Shown: piece after piece, positions 49,608-59,942 of the stretch
How positions within the stretch are numbered: the stretch's first letter is position 1
Layout of the letters: each line of letters starts with the position of its first letter
Assembly: GCA_905178155.1 (NCBI GenBank)
Contig: CAJINV010000003.1
Span: forward strand, 1,607,557 to 1,671,556
Length of the DNA stretch: 64,000 bases
From: Amoebophrya sp. A120
Taxonomy: Eukaryota > Protista > Dinoflagellata
Direction: 5' to 3'
Made by a program: the position numbers and the translations under genes
Notes under the pieces: model-generated
The model's database searches: none
What the model saw: only the letters and a program-made list of their open reading frames with translations
Told to the model about the DNA's origin: nothing

Positions 49608-51024
49608 CGTCCGCCCCTCTGTAGCTTCCAGGGACAGCCTGCCGACGAAAGGGAAGCATAGACCGCTCGTGTAACGCGCGTTACACGAAGGTATGGTAGA
49701 TGTGAGAAAGGGCCAGACGCCCCGCGGGCGTTGCCACAGGCGCTAGCTTGCTGGGAGTGACAAATAACCACGCCCAACAAAGGCGAGCGAGTGGTCGCGC
49801 GGTTGTAAAAGCCCTGGCGCGACGCGGAACAATCTGGGGCCCGGCAATGGACGGAACTGCCCCCGTCCGCAGGGTCCATCTCGCTTCCATGGGCCAGATA
49901 TACCCGAGCCCGAGGACAAGGCCAGGTCGGAAATGGTCCAGCAAAAGACGGCGCACTAGCCCCAAAGCGAGTTTTTTTTTTGATTCAAAAACGAAGCCGC
50001 TGAATTTGTTGAATCAAAGAAACAGCCCGTGTTTCAAGGGTAGAAAGGCCACTTCTTGAACCCCGAACAAAGGATCCGACCAAGGTTCAAACAATGTTCA
50101 AAGTCGCCAATCACGGCGGTATGGCGAAAGCTTCAGAGGCCAAAAAAAAGTTCCTAAAAAGTTCCGTTCAAGATCCGATAAAGTTCCGATCAAGATCCTG
50201 TCCAGAGGACACTTTTTTGGCCACTTTTTTGCGCCGCCAAATCCATAGATTCTAGGCGGGGGAGGGGCCAGGAAAAGCGGCGAAAAAAGTGTCCTCTGGA
50301 CAGGATCTTGATCGGAACTTTTGAAAATGGAGATGGCGGCCATGAACTCTGGAAAATGGCCCCGTGCCTGGCCGAATTCCACTGGAGAATGCTCCTGAGT
50401 ACAAAAATTGTGCCGCGGGGAGAAAACTCCCACCCTTGTTTGACATGCTTTCTGCAGGATTGGCCTGCCGATCCCCGCGACCCCAAGAAGCAAAACACTT
50501 GGCACCACATCGCGCCAAAGGCCATCGCCTCTCTGCGGGCTCCCGGATGCTGGGCAGGTAGAATGCCTGCGGTCGAAACACCTCCGCGCCACCCCCTTTC
50601 CAATGTCCAAGACTACCGCGAAAAAACTACAGAAGCACACCAGAAGGGGGGGCAAAAGGACACGCTGGCCGCGGCGGGCGGCGCGTTCCCTGGCGGCTGG
50701 CCCGCGCCAAGTTTTGCGTGGCCGTAAAATACCGACATACCCCCGCAACGGGAAAAAAAATCGCGCTTCCCAAACAGGGCGGCCCTCGGGATAGGCTCGG
50801 CAGCTATGCGACACGCCCAGAAAAGGCCGCGCAAATTTGCTATACAAAGGAGGCAAAGCGAAGGCCAAAACATTGGGCCTGATTCGTAATTTCGGGGCGC
50901 CGAAGTAGCCCAGCGGCCAGGATCTTGATAGGATCTTTTTCGGATCTCAGACGAGCTGAAGTGGCCCGGCGTTCCGTGAGTAATACGGGTTCCTTGAAGC
51001 CTTACAACTGGACAACTTCTGCGA
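49608..51024. repeat. 1,417-bp direct repeat, copy 1
   Basis: Near-identical to 51921-53337 (offset 2,313). I noticed only two substitutions, and the ORF-track entries are duplicated. Confidence 0.95.
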
Positions 51025-51920
51025 TGATATGGATGACACTGGACAACTTACAACTTACAACTTACAACTGGACAAAGACCGAAATATTTACAAGGCCGCC
51101 ACCCAATAGGAGAGCGGCCAAAAAAACAACTTGGAAGAAAGCGCATGGCAAAGCGAAAAGGAAACGTCCCGCCCAGGTGTGGTCTTGTGTCATTGCAGAA
51201 ACATTGCAAAAACCCACAAGAAAACTTTACTAGGCAAGAAAGAAACGAGAAGCCCACGCGGTTTTGAAGCCGCCTACTTCGAACACGCATGCTATGACGC
51301 GTTCGATGGAGCAAAAAGACCCAAATTCAAAAAATGACAAAAATCGATTTTCGCGAAAAAAAAAATGAAAAGAGAAAAAAAAGAGAACGAAAACTCTCGG
51401 AAACATTCGCAAAATCTTTCCGACTCCGCTCGTGTTTACGGAAACTTTTTGAAAGGGTATGAAGTTGGGAACTTTTTTTGGTAAATTTAAAAGGAGCAAC
51501 AAGGCAAACCGGAAAAACCGGAAAGCGCCTTGTATATGATCACAGGGTCGATGGTGTTGTCGATCCGGCAAACGGAATAGAAAACTAACTGCGCCCACCA
51601 CACAACCTCCAATCGGGATGAGAGGAAGCCCGCGAACTTCAGCAAAGCGCTTAAAATATGAAGTGAATCGCGAAGCAAACTGGAAAAATAGCCCACGCAT
51701 GACTTGAAGCCAGGGAGCACAACGCGCCACGGTGTGTGGCGTTCCTCGCCATGGGAAAAAAAGAAGTTTGCAAATTTTTGTAGTCTTTTTTCCGACATTT
51801 GGCCCTCATGATCCGGAGCCTCAAGCATCAGAGTGGCAAAGTAAAATAATACGGGTTCCTTGAAGCCTTACAACTGGACAACTTCTGCGATCTTCTTGAA
51901 GCCTTACAACTGGACAACTT

Positions 51921-53337
51921 CGTCCGCCCCTCTGTAGCTTCCAGGGACAGCCTGCCGACGAAAGGGAAGCATAGACCGCTCGTGTAACGCGCGTTGCACG
52001 AAGGTATGGTAGATGTGAGAAAGGGCCAGACGCCCCGCGGGCGTTGCCACAGGCGCTAGCTTGCTGGGAGTGACGAATAACCACGCCCAACAAAGGCGAG
52101 CGAGTGGTCGCGCGGTTGTAAAAGCCCTGGCGCGACGCGGAACAATCTGGGGCCCGGCAATGGACGGAACTGCCCCCGTCCGCAGGGTCCATCTCGCTTC
52201 CATGGGCCAGATATACCCGAGCCCGAGGACAAGGCCAGGTCGGAAATGGTCCAGCAAAAGACGGCGCACTAGCCCCAAAGCGAGTTTTTTTTTTGATTCA
52301 AAAACGAAGCCGCTGAATTTGTTGAATCAAAGAAACAGCCCGTGTTTCAAGGGTAGAAAGGCCACTTCTTGAACCCCGAACAAAGGATCCGACCAAGGTT
52401 CAAACAATGTTCAAAGTCGCCAATCACGGCGGTATGGCGAAAGCTTCAGAGGCCAAAAAAAAGTTCCTAAAAAGTTCCGTTCAAGATCCGATAAAGTTCC
52501 GATCAAGATCCTGTCCAGAGGACACTTTTTTGGCCACTTTTTTGCGCCGCCAAATCCATAGATTCTAGGCGGGGGAGGGGCCAGGAAAAGCGGCGAAAAA
52601 AGTGTCCTCTGGACAGGATCTTGATCGGAACTTTTGAAAATGGAGATGGCGGCCATGAACTCTGGAAAATGGCCCCGTGCCTGGCCGAATTCCACTGGAG
52701 AATGCTCCTGAGTACAAAAATTGTGCCGCGGGGAGAAAACTCCCACCCTTGTTTGACATGCTTTCTGCAGGATTGGCCTGCCGATCCCCGCGACCCCAAG
52801 AAGCAAAACACTTGGCACCACATCGCGCCAAAGGCCATCGCCTCTCTGCGGGCTCCCGGATGCTGGGCAGGTAGAATGCCTGCGGTCGAAACACCTCCGC
52901 GCCACCCCCTTTCCAATGTCCAAGACTACCGCGAAAAAACTACAGAAGCACACCAGAAGGGGGGGCAAAAGGACACGCTGGCCGCGGCGGGCGGCGCGTT
53001 CCCTGGCGGCTGGCCCGCGCCAAGTTTTGCGTGGCCGTAAAATACCGACATACCCCCGCAACGGGAAAAAAAATCGCGCTTCCCAAACAGGGCGGCCCTC
53101 GGGATAGGCTCGGCAGCTATGCGACACGCCCAGAAAAGGCCGCGCAAATTTGCTATACAAAGGAGGCAAAGCGAAGGCCAAAACATTGGGCCTGATTCGT
53201 AATTTCGGGGCGCCGAAGTAGCCCAGCGGCCAGGATCTTGATAGGATCTTTTTCGGATCTCAGACGAGCTGAAGTGGCCCGGCGTTCCGTGAGTAATACG
53301 GGTTCCTTGAAGCCTTACAACTGGACAACTTCTGCGA
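51921..53337. repeat. 1,417-bp direct repeat, copy 2
   Basis: Near-identical to 49608-51024. Confidence 0.95.
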
Positions 53338-54546
53338 GGATCGCCGGGCGAAGCCCGGACCGTCCTGCCGAAGCAATTTTGCGTCCGATCACTTGCCCGC
53401 AGCGGGCCGGCAAGAGAACAAACGGCCGGAGCCGGCGCCCGCGTTAGCAGCAATTCTGCGGCTTTGCCGAACTGCTAAGCACATTGAGAGTCGCCACTCT
53501 GGGTGATCTGGGGCACGAACGGTCTTTCGAGACTAGAACTTCTTTCAGGACAACACCCACAGAGAGGTCTCGGACCCCCTCTCAATAGTTGAGAAATGTG
53601 CCCTCATTTTTGGGCTCCAAGATTCACCAGACTGCACGGCATGGTCCGAAAAACCTCAACTATTGAGAGGCCCTCCGAGACCCCTCCGAAAGGGCTCAAT
53701 CTTGGAGCTTCTCTCAACTATTGAGAGCAAATCCGGACGAACCTTTGTCAGCGAAGAAGCTAGGGGACTTCTGCCACTTTTCCAACTAAAAGAAAGCGAT
53801 GTGGCCGCGCCTAGGCATCGCATGAGCGTCCACACCTTCTCGCCGGGGTTGTGGGGTGGGGCGTGTAATTGAATGGGAGAACTTGACGCGTCGCATTCAT
53901 GTTGCGTTAGCCATGGCATGATCGCAGTAGGGCTCTGCTGGACAAGCCCGAAAGATACCGCCGAAAGGCATCAGCTGCGCGGCCCAATGATCTCCAGAAC
54001 ATTGGCTACGAGCTGCGCCCCCCGTTGTGGCTCCGCTAGGGTGCGCTGCACTTTCGTCGACCCGGAATAGCTTTGGGCTAAGCTTGCGCCAGCTCCGGCT
54101 GCGCGGCAGATACGCGGCCGACATCGTTGCAGAGCTCCGCCGCCCTCAGTTGCCCGCACGCGCCGGCGCAACTCGACAGCACTGGCGCGGCAGTCTAGAC
54201 AGTGCCCGCTATATCGTGTTGCCAGACATGACAGATTCGCCCTGTTTTGGGATCAAAAAAGGGGGCAATAAGTGGGCACAAAGACCACACTGTCATCCGC
54301 TGCAAGCCAAGCAGCTTTGCGTCACCTGTTGCCATTGCCTCCCTCTGCTTTGCGGTCTGCATAGTTGGGAGCTTGATGGACGTTCTCACACGCCGCAAAA
54401 ATTTTTGTGAATAGTTCAGATTTCAATACCTGAGAGGCTCATAAAGCCTTACAACTGGACAACTTCTGCGATGATACGCAAACTTTAAATTCAAAATCTA
54501 GGGGGGGCAGCTGCGCTGCATGACAACATATATCTAATCTTAATAC

Positions 54547-54759
54547 TTTGCTTTTGGTTGTGATTCCGCTCGCAGCGTTGTGACGTTGGTTTCCGGCGTC
54601 GCTTATTCCGCGGCCGACGTAATAGAGAATGGTCAGGAGAATGGCGCCATAAAACGTTCCCACGAGCGCAGGGAAGACCAGGTCAGCTGCCCGTGGGGGA
54701 ATGTGGGCGGACAAGTTCTGCAGCACATGCAGCCGCCGCCGCGAAATAAAGTGGTGCAT
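54547..54759 (-). CDS. Probable distal first exon of the CrtI-B-Y-Blh gene (71 aa, one TM helix)
   Basis: ATG at 54759 and hydrophobic LVFPALVGTFYGAILLTILYYV. A phase-0 donor AAA|GTATTA (54546) pairs with the acceptor CCACAG|GTC (49421), giving ...ITTKSK|VAVIGGGFSG. Confidence 0.55.
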
Positions 54760-55843
54760 GATATTCTTCAAGAACAGGAGCTGGCACTGAGTGAGCACGC
54801 TACTTCATTCTGTTTCTGGTTCGCATTCTTCGACATGGTCGTCGATGGGTCTCCCTCGTTTAACGAAGACGAAAAGATAAGTTAGCTTTTTTATCGTGAA
54901 CAGACTCAAACCTAAACTTTAACTTTCTTATTTATCTTAGTTGTAGAAGTACTCTGTCACTGTCTGTGGTCGATTTTATCGGGGACGGATCTATTATGTG
55001 TGATGTAATGACGAAAACCGACACCGACCACGTCAATGACAATGTTGTTTCCAGCATCTTCTCATCGATCTAGTCCACGTTTATGACAACCGACTTTTTT
55101 ATTTTATGCGCAGCCAGGGCATGTCGGGGAAAAAAAAAGCCTCAGCGATGTTTTTGCGTTGAAAAAAAAAACACAGTGACACTATTTTCGAACACGTCGG
55201 ACACACACGAATTCTCGTCTCACACGAGAGCTGAGCAGGAATTTCATTAAGATTTCTAGTGGATACAACATATTTATACCGCTAAAGAGAGCAGGAGGCC
55301 CTCTGGGTTTTTTTTGTGGTGTCGTTGCATCTGTAGCAGCACAGGTTTTTGAGTCGTTCGATGAGCAGACGCCATCGCTCTAGGGAAAGTGTGAAATTAA
55401 TTTTCAGCGTTCCGCACAGATGCAATGCGTCTTTTCTTCAGTCGACCCAATAATTCGTACTGGTTAGGTGAAGTGCTAGTGCACTGAAATTGTTCGAAGA
55501 ACGTCGTCGAAAGGCAAACGCCACAGAGACCAGTTCCCGATTTACTTCGGAATGAGGGCCACGCAACTGAAGTAGTGTGAGTTGGGATAGTTTATTTTTT
55601 GAAGCGACAACAACAACATCAACACCGTCAAGATCCTTGTCAGCATGCCAATGCTTGCGCACTTCACAATGGAGAAGAAATCGAGCCGCGCAAATTCAAA
55701 AACCAAAAGTGGTCAGCAATTCCATGCATAATCATTTTCTGACTAGTCGACGGCTTCGCGAAGTGTAGCAGGTTACGCAAGTCCTCCTCTTTGACTCAGA
55801 AATGTTTCAGGGACAGTATCCATTTGATTTTCGTTCCACACGA

Positions 55844-56005
55844 TCAGGATTTCGTCGAATAAACTCCATTCTGATTTTCGTCAGGATTTCGTCGAATAAA
55901 CTCCGCGGAGAGCAGCAGTTTCCGACTTCTTTCAAAAGGCTGTGCAGGAGCTCCTGTAGTGGTGGATGCAAACGGGGATTGTAGTGGTGGATGCAAACGG
56001 GGATT
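55844..56005. repeat. Two short local duplications (24 bp x2 and 25 bp x2)
   Basis: tcaggatttcgtcgaataaactcc at 55844 and 55881; tgtagtggtggatgcaaacggggat at 55955 and 55980. Confidence 0.85.
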
Positions 56006-56220
56006 TTTTTGTACGGACGAGTAGAAATTGAAGCGAAATAAATTGTGCGGACGGAAACAAGACGAAAATAATGGAACAGCCCTTAAATTTATCGCTCCGC
56101 TTTTCGTTTTGCATATTACTGTGTTCTCGATGTCGTGGACAGAGTCGAATTGTCGTTGAAGAACCAAAAACGCAAGAAGTAATATTTTATACATAGAGCA
56201 CAGCCTCGTCTTTAGCTGTA

Positions 56221-57380
56221 CTAGGCGATGCGCTGCCGCTTCTTGTCCGCCTCCGCAGATTCCTCCTCGCGATCTTCATTTTCGACCTGGTCTTGCTCAT
56301 CTTGGTCTTCCTCGACCTGCGTGTTGTCGTCAACCCCTCCCTGGACCTCGCTCGCTTCTCCTTCTTCCTCCACGGCGCTGACTACTTCCGCCTCTTCCTC
56401 CGCCTCGCTGTCATCTTCTAACTCGCTGTCCTCCTCGACCAGGGCCTGGCTGTGCTCCTCCTCTTCCTCGATTTCCTCGTCGCTCTGCTCCTGATCCTGT
56501 TCGACGACGATAACTTCTTGCACGTCGACTAGCTCATCGGAAATCTCCTGGCTCCGGATGGGATCCGCTTCGTCCTCGGCGCTCACACTCCTGATTGTGT
56601 CCTCGCCTTCCCATGGAATAAGTTCGTGGGGTACGAGCTCGCCGTCACTGTTCACAGCCACTTCCACGACTTGTTCCGCCTCTATTCCGGGCAAAAACGT
56701 CCCCACTCCATAGTCAAGCTCGTGCTAAGTCTGCAACACAAATCTCCAGTTATGCATGACAAGTAGTTTCGGTCTGTGCCTCTACCTGTAGTATAGTTCT
56801 GCCTAGCAAGGACAGTCGCATCTTCACAAAAGCGCCTCATTATTCTGTTAAACAACATATACAAATCTCAGAACACGATGACTATAAACCCCCCACATGT
56901 TGGGGATGCGCACTCCAGATGTTTCATTTCTGTAGGTGCAAATCTGCGCGACAACTATGGGGCGGGAACGTTTTTACATGCGATGCCCTCGCTGTCTTCA
57001 TCTTCCAAAACGACTTCCTCCACCAGCACGTCGTCATCTAAATCATCTCCTTCTTCTTCCACCTCGAGCAGCTGCACGTCGCCGTCTGCATCTTGGACTT
57101 CGCTGACATTTTGTCCGTCTTCGTGCTCGTCGAAATCCTTGTCGTTGTTTTCGCCGTCACTGCCGTCTTGATGTTCCTCCTGGTCGTTGTCTTCCCCGCC
57201 ACTGCCAGCACTGCCAGCATCCTCCTCCTTCTCCTCCTTCTTTTCCTCACTCTCACGGTCGACAAGCAGCGGCCCCTCCTCTGCCTGACCGATGCGGTCT
57301 AGCTCGTCCGCCACTCTCTGCTGCCACGGGGCACGACCGCCCTCGCCGGTTTTGTCCTGGATGTCTTTGGGAGAGGACAT
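56221..57380 (-). CDS. Highly acidic (D/E-rich) hypothetical protein with a C-terminal basic NLS-like motif; 2 exons
   Basis: ORFs 56955-57380 and 56221-56706 join in frame when about 305-308 nt are removed; the protein ends KKRQRIA. Confidence 0.7.
56683..56985. mobile_element. Degenerate introner
   Basis: Inverted repeat aaaaacgtccccactccata / tatggggcgggaacgttttt; direct repeat (g/c)cctc; internal GCATGACAA. Removal restores the frame. Confidence 0.7.
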
Positions 57381-58569
57381 CTGGGAGGATGTCTCTTTCT
57401 CCGATTAAAGTAAAAGAATTCTTTTCGTCGCCGATTTCAAGAAAAATTAAAATGTAGATGTGACCGAAAGAAAAGGCAGACTGCTGTGCGTGAAAGCGTG
57501 AATAGAGTGGCAGTGTGCTGAAAGAAAAAGTAGACCACTGCTGTGGTATACGTATCTACTTTGCAAAGATCGATCAATACCATACGTGGGACGAGTATCC
57601 ACGTCTAAGAGTAAGAACGTCGCAAATGAGCCGCCGCATCACGATACTTGTTTCCTCAATCTTTAATCATGATCGTTGTCGGGATCATCTTCACCAGATA
57701 ACTGGCCATGCCATGACCTCCCCGATGTTGAAGACAATATTAGACACGACGTAGCAATAGACCGCTTGTTTGATCCAGTATAGTGAACCTTGGTGACCCG
57801 CGTGGGCATATAATGCCGCGTTCAGATGCTGATCATGATCCATCAAGGATTGGTTCAATATCTTTTATCCTCGAGATGTTGATCACACAGTTTAATCCGT
57901 CAGCACGGTAAAGCAGACAAGGAAATGGCACATCACAGACGTGTTTGATCTATGCTGGTCGAGGTTGTAATATGCCGTGATGAAGACGAAGAGGAATTCC
58001 TTGGCCTCATTGGTCGTGGAATCGATGTTGCCTTGCACTTATTGTCTATGGGAAGATTAGATCTGAAGGCCGAGCACTTGCGTTCTGCGCGTTCTACTGG
58101 GGTGGCTTACAGCCAGGAGATCTCTTTATCTTGGTCCCGCACTTACTGCAACAAGCGCAAGTAGAACCCACTAACGATTTTACAGTTTACAGTAGTCGCG
58201 CTTTGCGCGAGGGCGAGACCACTTCATCCACTCAAGATAAGGAGTCTAATTGAGGAACTTGATCTTGAAGAGCTTCCCAATTTCAGATCAATGCACTCGC
58301 CAGTCTCCAGTCCGCGAGGCCCCGGGCGCAGGGGGGGCCTCGGCTCGTTGTGCACGTTGCTTTCGGGTGGCGTCAACGAGCTAAAAAAAACCGCGCGAAG
58401 TTGTAGAACAAGTACAACGCTCGACCTCTCGTTCCCTTTTCCCAACTTAGTCAGCCAACCTCGCTCCACCTTGACCTCATTTCGCCAAAGAACTACTTTT
58501 TGGCTGGCGTTTTAACTCAAACTTGTTATGAATGTATCAAAACTCTAACTCGAATCATATGAGCTTTGA

Positions 58570-59541
58570 CTAAGAGGATACAAAGAACGAGGGCGGAACG
58601 GAACCAGGCCACACCTGCCGTATGCGCGCCACCGCGAGCCGGTGCAGACGCGCTTCAGCAACTACGTCGCTTCCCTGTGCCTTTCTCAACGCAAGTTCCT
58701 CTGCTGCCGCAGAGTCCCAGTCTTCAACTGTGGTTTTCACCGCCACAGCTACTGGAGCCCCAGTGCCGCCCGTAATTCGCCGCGCACGAGGTCGTGGCAC
58801 CGAAGCAGGTCGTGGGTCCTCTGAAAATATTTTACCTTGTGCCCCCTTGTTGTCCACCTCTCGTCCTCCCGGATCATCAAAATCATCAAAGTCCAGCTCA
58901 AACTCGACCTCGTCGTTCTTTCGGGGGAGCCTCTCAAGCGCGTCGCGGAGGTGGAAAAAGATGCGGTGGCGCTTGCTAGTATTTGGAAGTCGAATGTAGC
59001 CCCAGAATTCCGAGAGGTTCTTGATCATCTGCACTCGCCCACGCAAAATCCTTCCCCTGTCGGTCGATGGCGAAAACAGTGGTCTACCCGTAGTCCGCTG
59101 CGTTGGGAGTTGTGGCGCAACTACCGGTCGTGCAGCCGGAGGCCTGAGTGAAGAAGACCTGCTGCTCGTCGTCGTGGTCCGTTTCTCGTCCTCCGCTACA
59201 GGAGCTGAGCCTTCAACCAAAGAAGTCGCTTTGATGCCGTTTTCCTGGTTTTCGCACACGATACTCGCAGCCGAGCCCGGGGGACGCAAAATTTCGTTTT
59301 TTTCATCGGCGGAGAAAGGACTCTGCGGCTCGAACTTGACATCAAAACTGCCAGAGCCGTGTGCTTCCTTGTCCTCGCCAGCAAGACCATTCGCCCGCCG
59401 CCCCATGGCGCTTCTTGCGGCTGCTCCACGAGTCGGAGTCGCCCGTAACTTTGTTCGGTGCAACAACCCCGAGAGTTCCGCGGGCAGAGAACCCGCACCG
59501 ATACGGAAGAAGGTTGGCCTGCACCGAGAGATGATAGCCAT
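58570..59541 (-). CDS. Cold-shock/OB-fold domain protein; further 3' exons likely
   Basis: LRGRVQMIK, FWGYI, IFFHLRD, DEVEFEL and RARRITGG match the CSD pattern. Probable donor at 58614; downstream exons are not resolved. Confidence 0.7.
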   Translation of the reverse strand: MAIISRCRPTFFRIGAGSLPAELSGLLHRTKLRATPTRGAAARSAMGRRANGLAGEDKEAHGSGSFDVKFEPQSPFSADEKNEILRPPGSAASIVCENQENGIKATSLVEGSAPVAEDEKRTTTTSSRSSSLRPPAARPVVAPQLPTQRTTGRPLFSPSTDRGRILRGRVQMIKNLSEFWGYIRLPNTSKRHRIFFHLRDALERLPRKNDEVEFELDFDDFDDPGGREVDNKGAQGKIFSEDPRPASVPRPRARRITGGTGAPVAVAVKTTVEDWDSAAAEELALRKAQGSDVVAEARLHRLAVARIRQVWPGSVPPSFFVSS

Positions 59542-59942
59542 ACTCGCACCTGCAGATGATAGCCATACTCAACTTATTTGTCTTTCAGATTATCTTCACG
59601 GCCCATCTTTAACTTTATCTGTTGGCGTTGCTGTTCAGACCTTCGTGATCTTGTTCACAGGTTCAGGAGCGAACAAGCTAGGTTCATCTTCACGAGAGGA
59701 ACCAGGAGCACTTTTTTTTCTCGAATGCCAACGCCGTGTAGTTCCACTTTGTCAGCTGGATACAGCGTACAGTCTGTTCAAGAATTGCCCACATGCTATA
59801 CGCTTTGGGTTTTGGAAGTTTTGTTGTTTCTCTTCGAGATCTTGATCGTATGCTGAAACTTACATGTGGAATACCAATATCAATGTCTAACGAACTCGAA
59901 GATTTCTTGTGCCTTAACAGGAGTCAGTTTTCCTCTTGCCTT

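Noticed and set aside
49565-53453. Duplicated ORFs (256, 139, 137 aa and others) as genes
   Set aside because: No recognisable domains; they simply mirror the 1.4-kb duplication.
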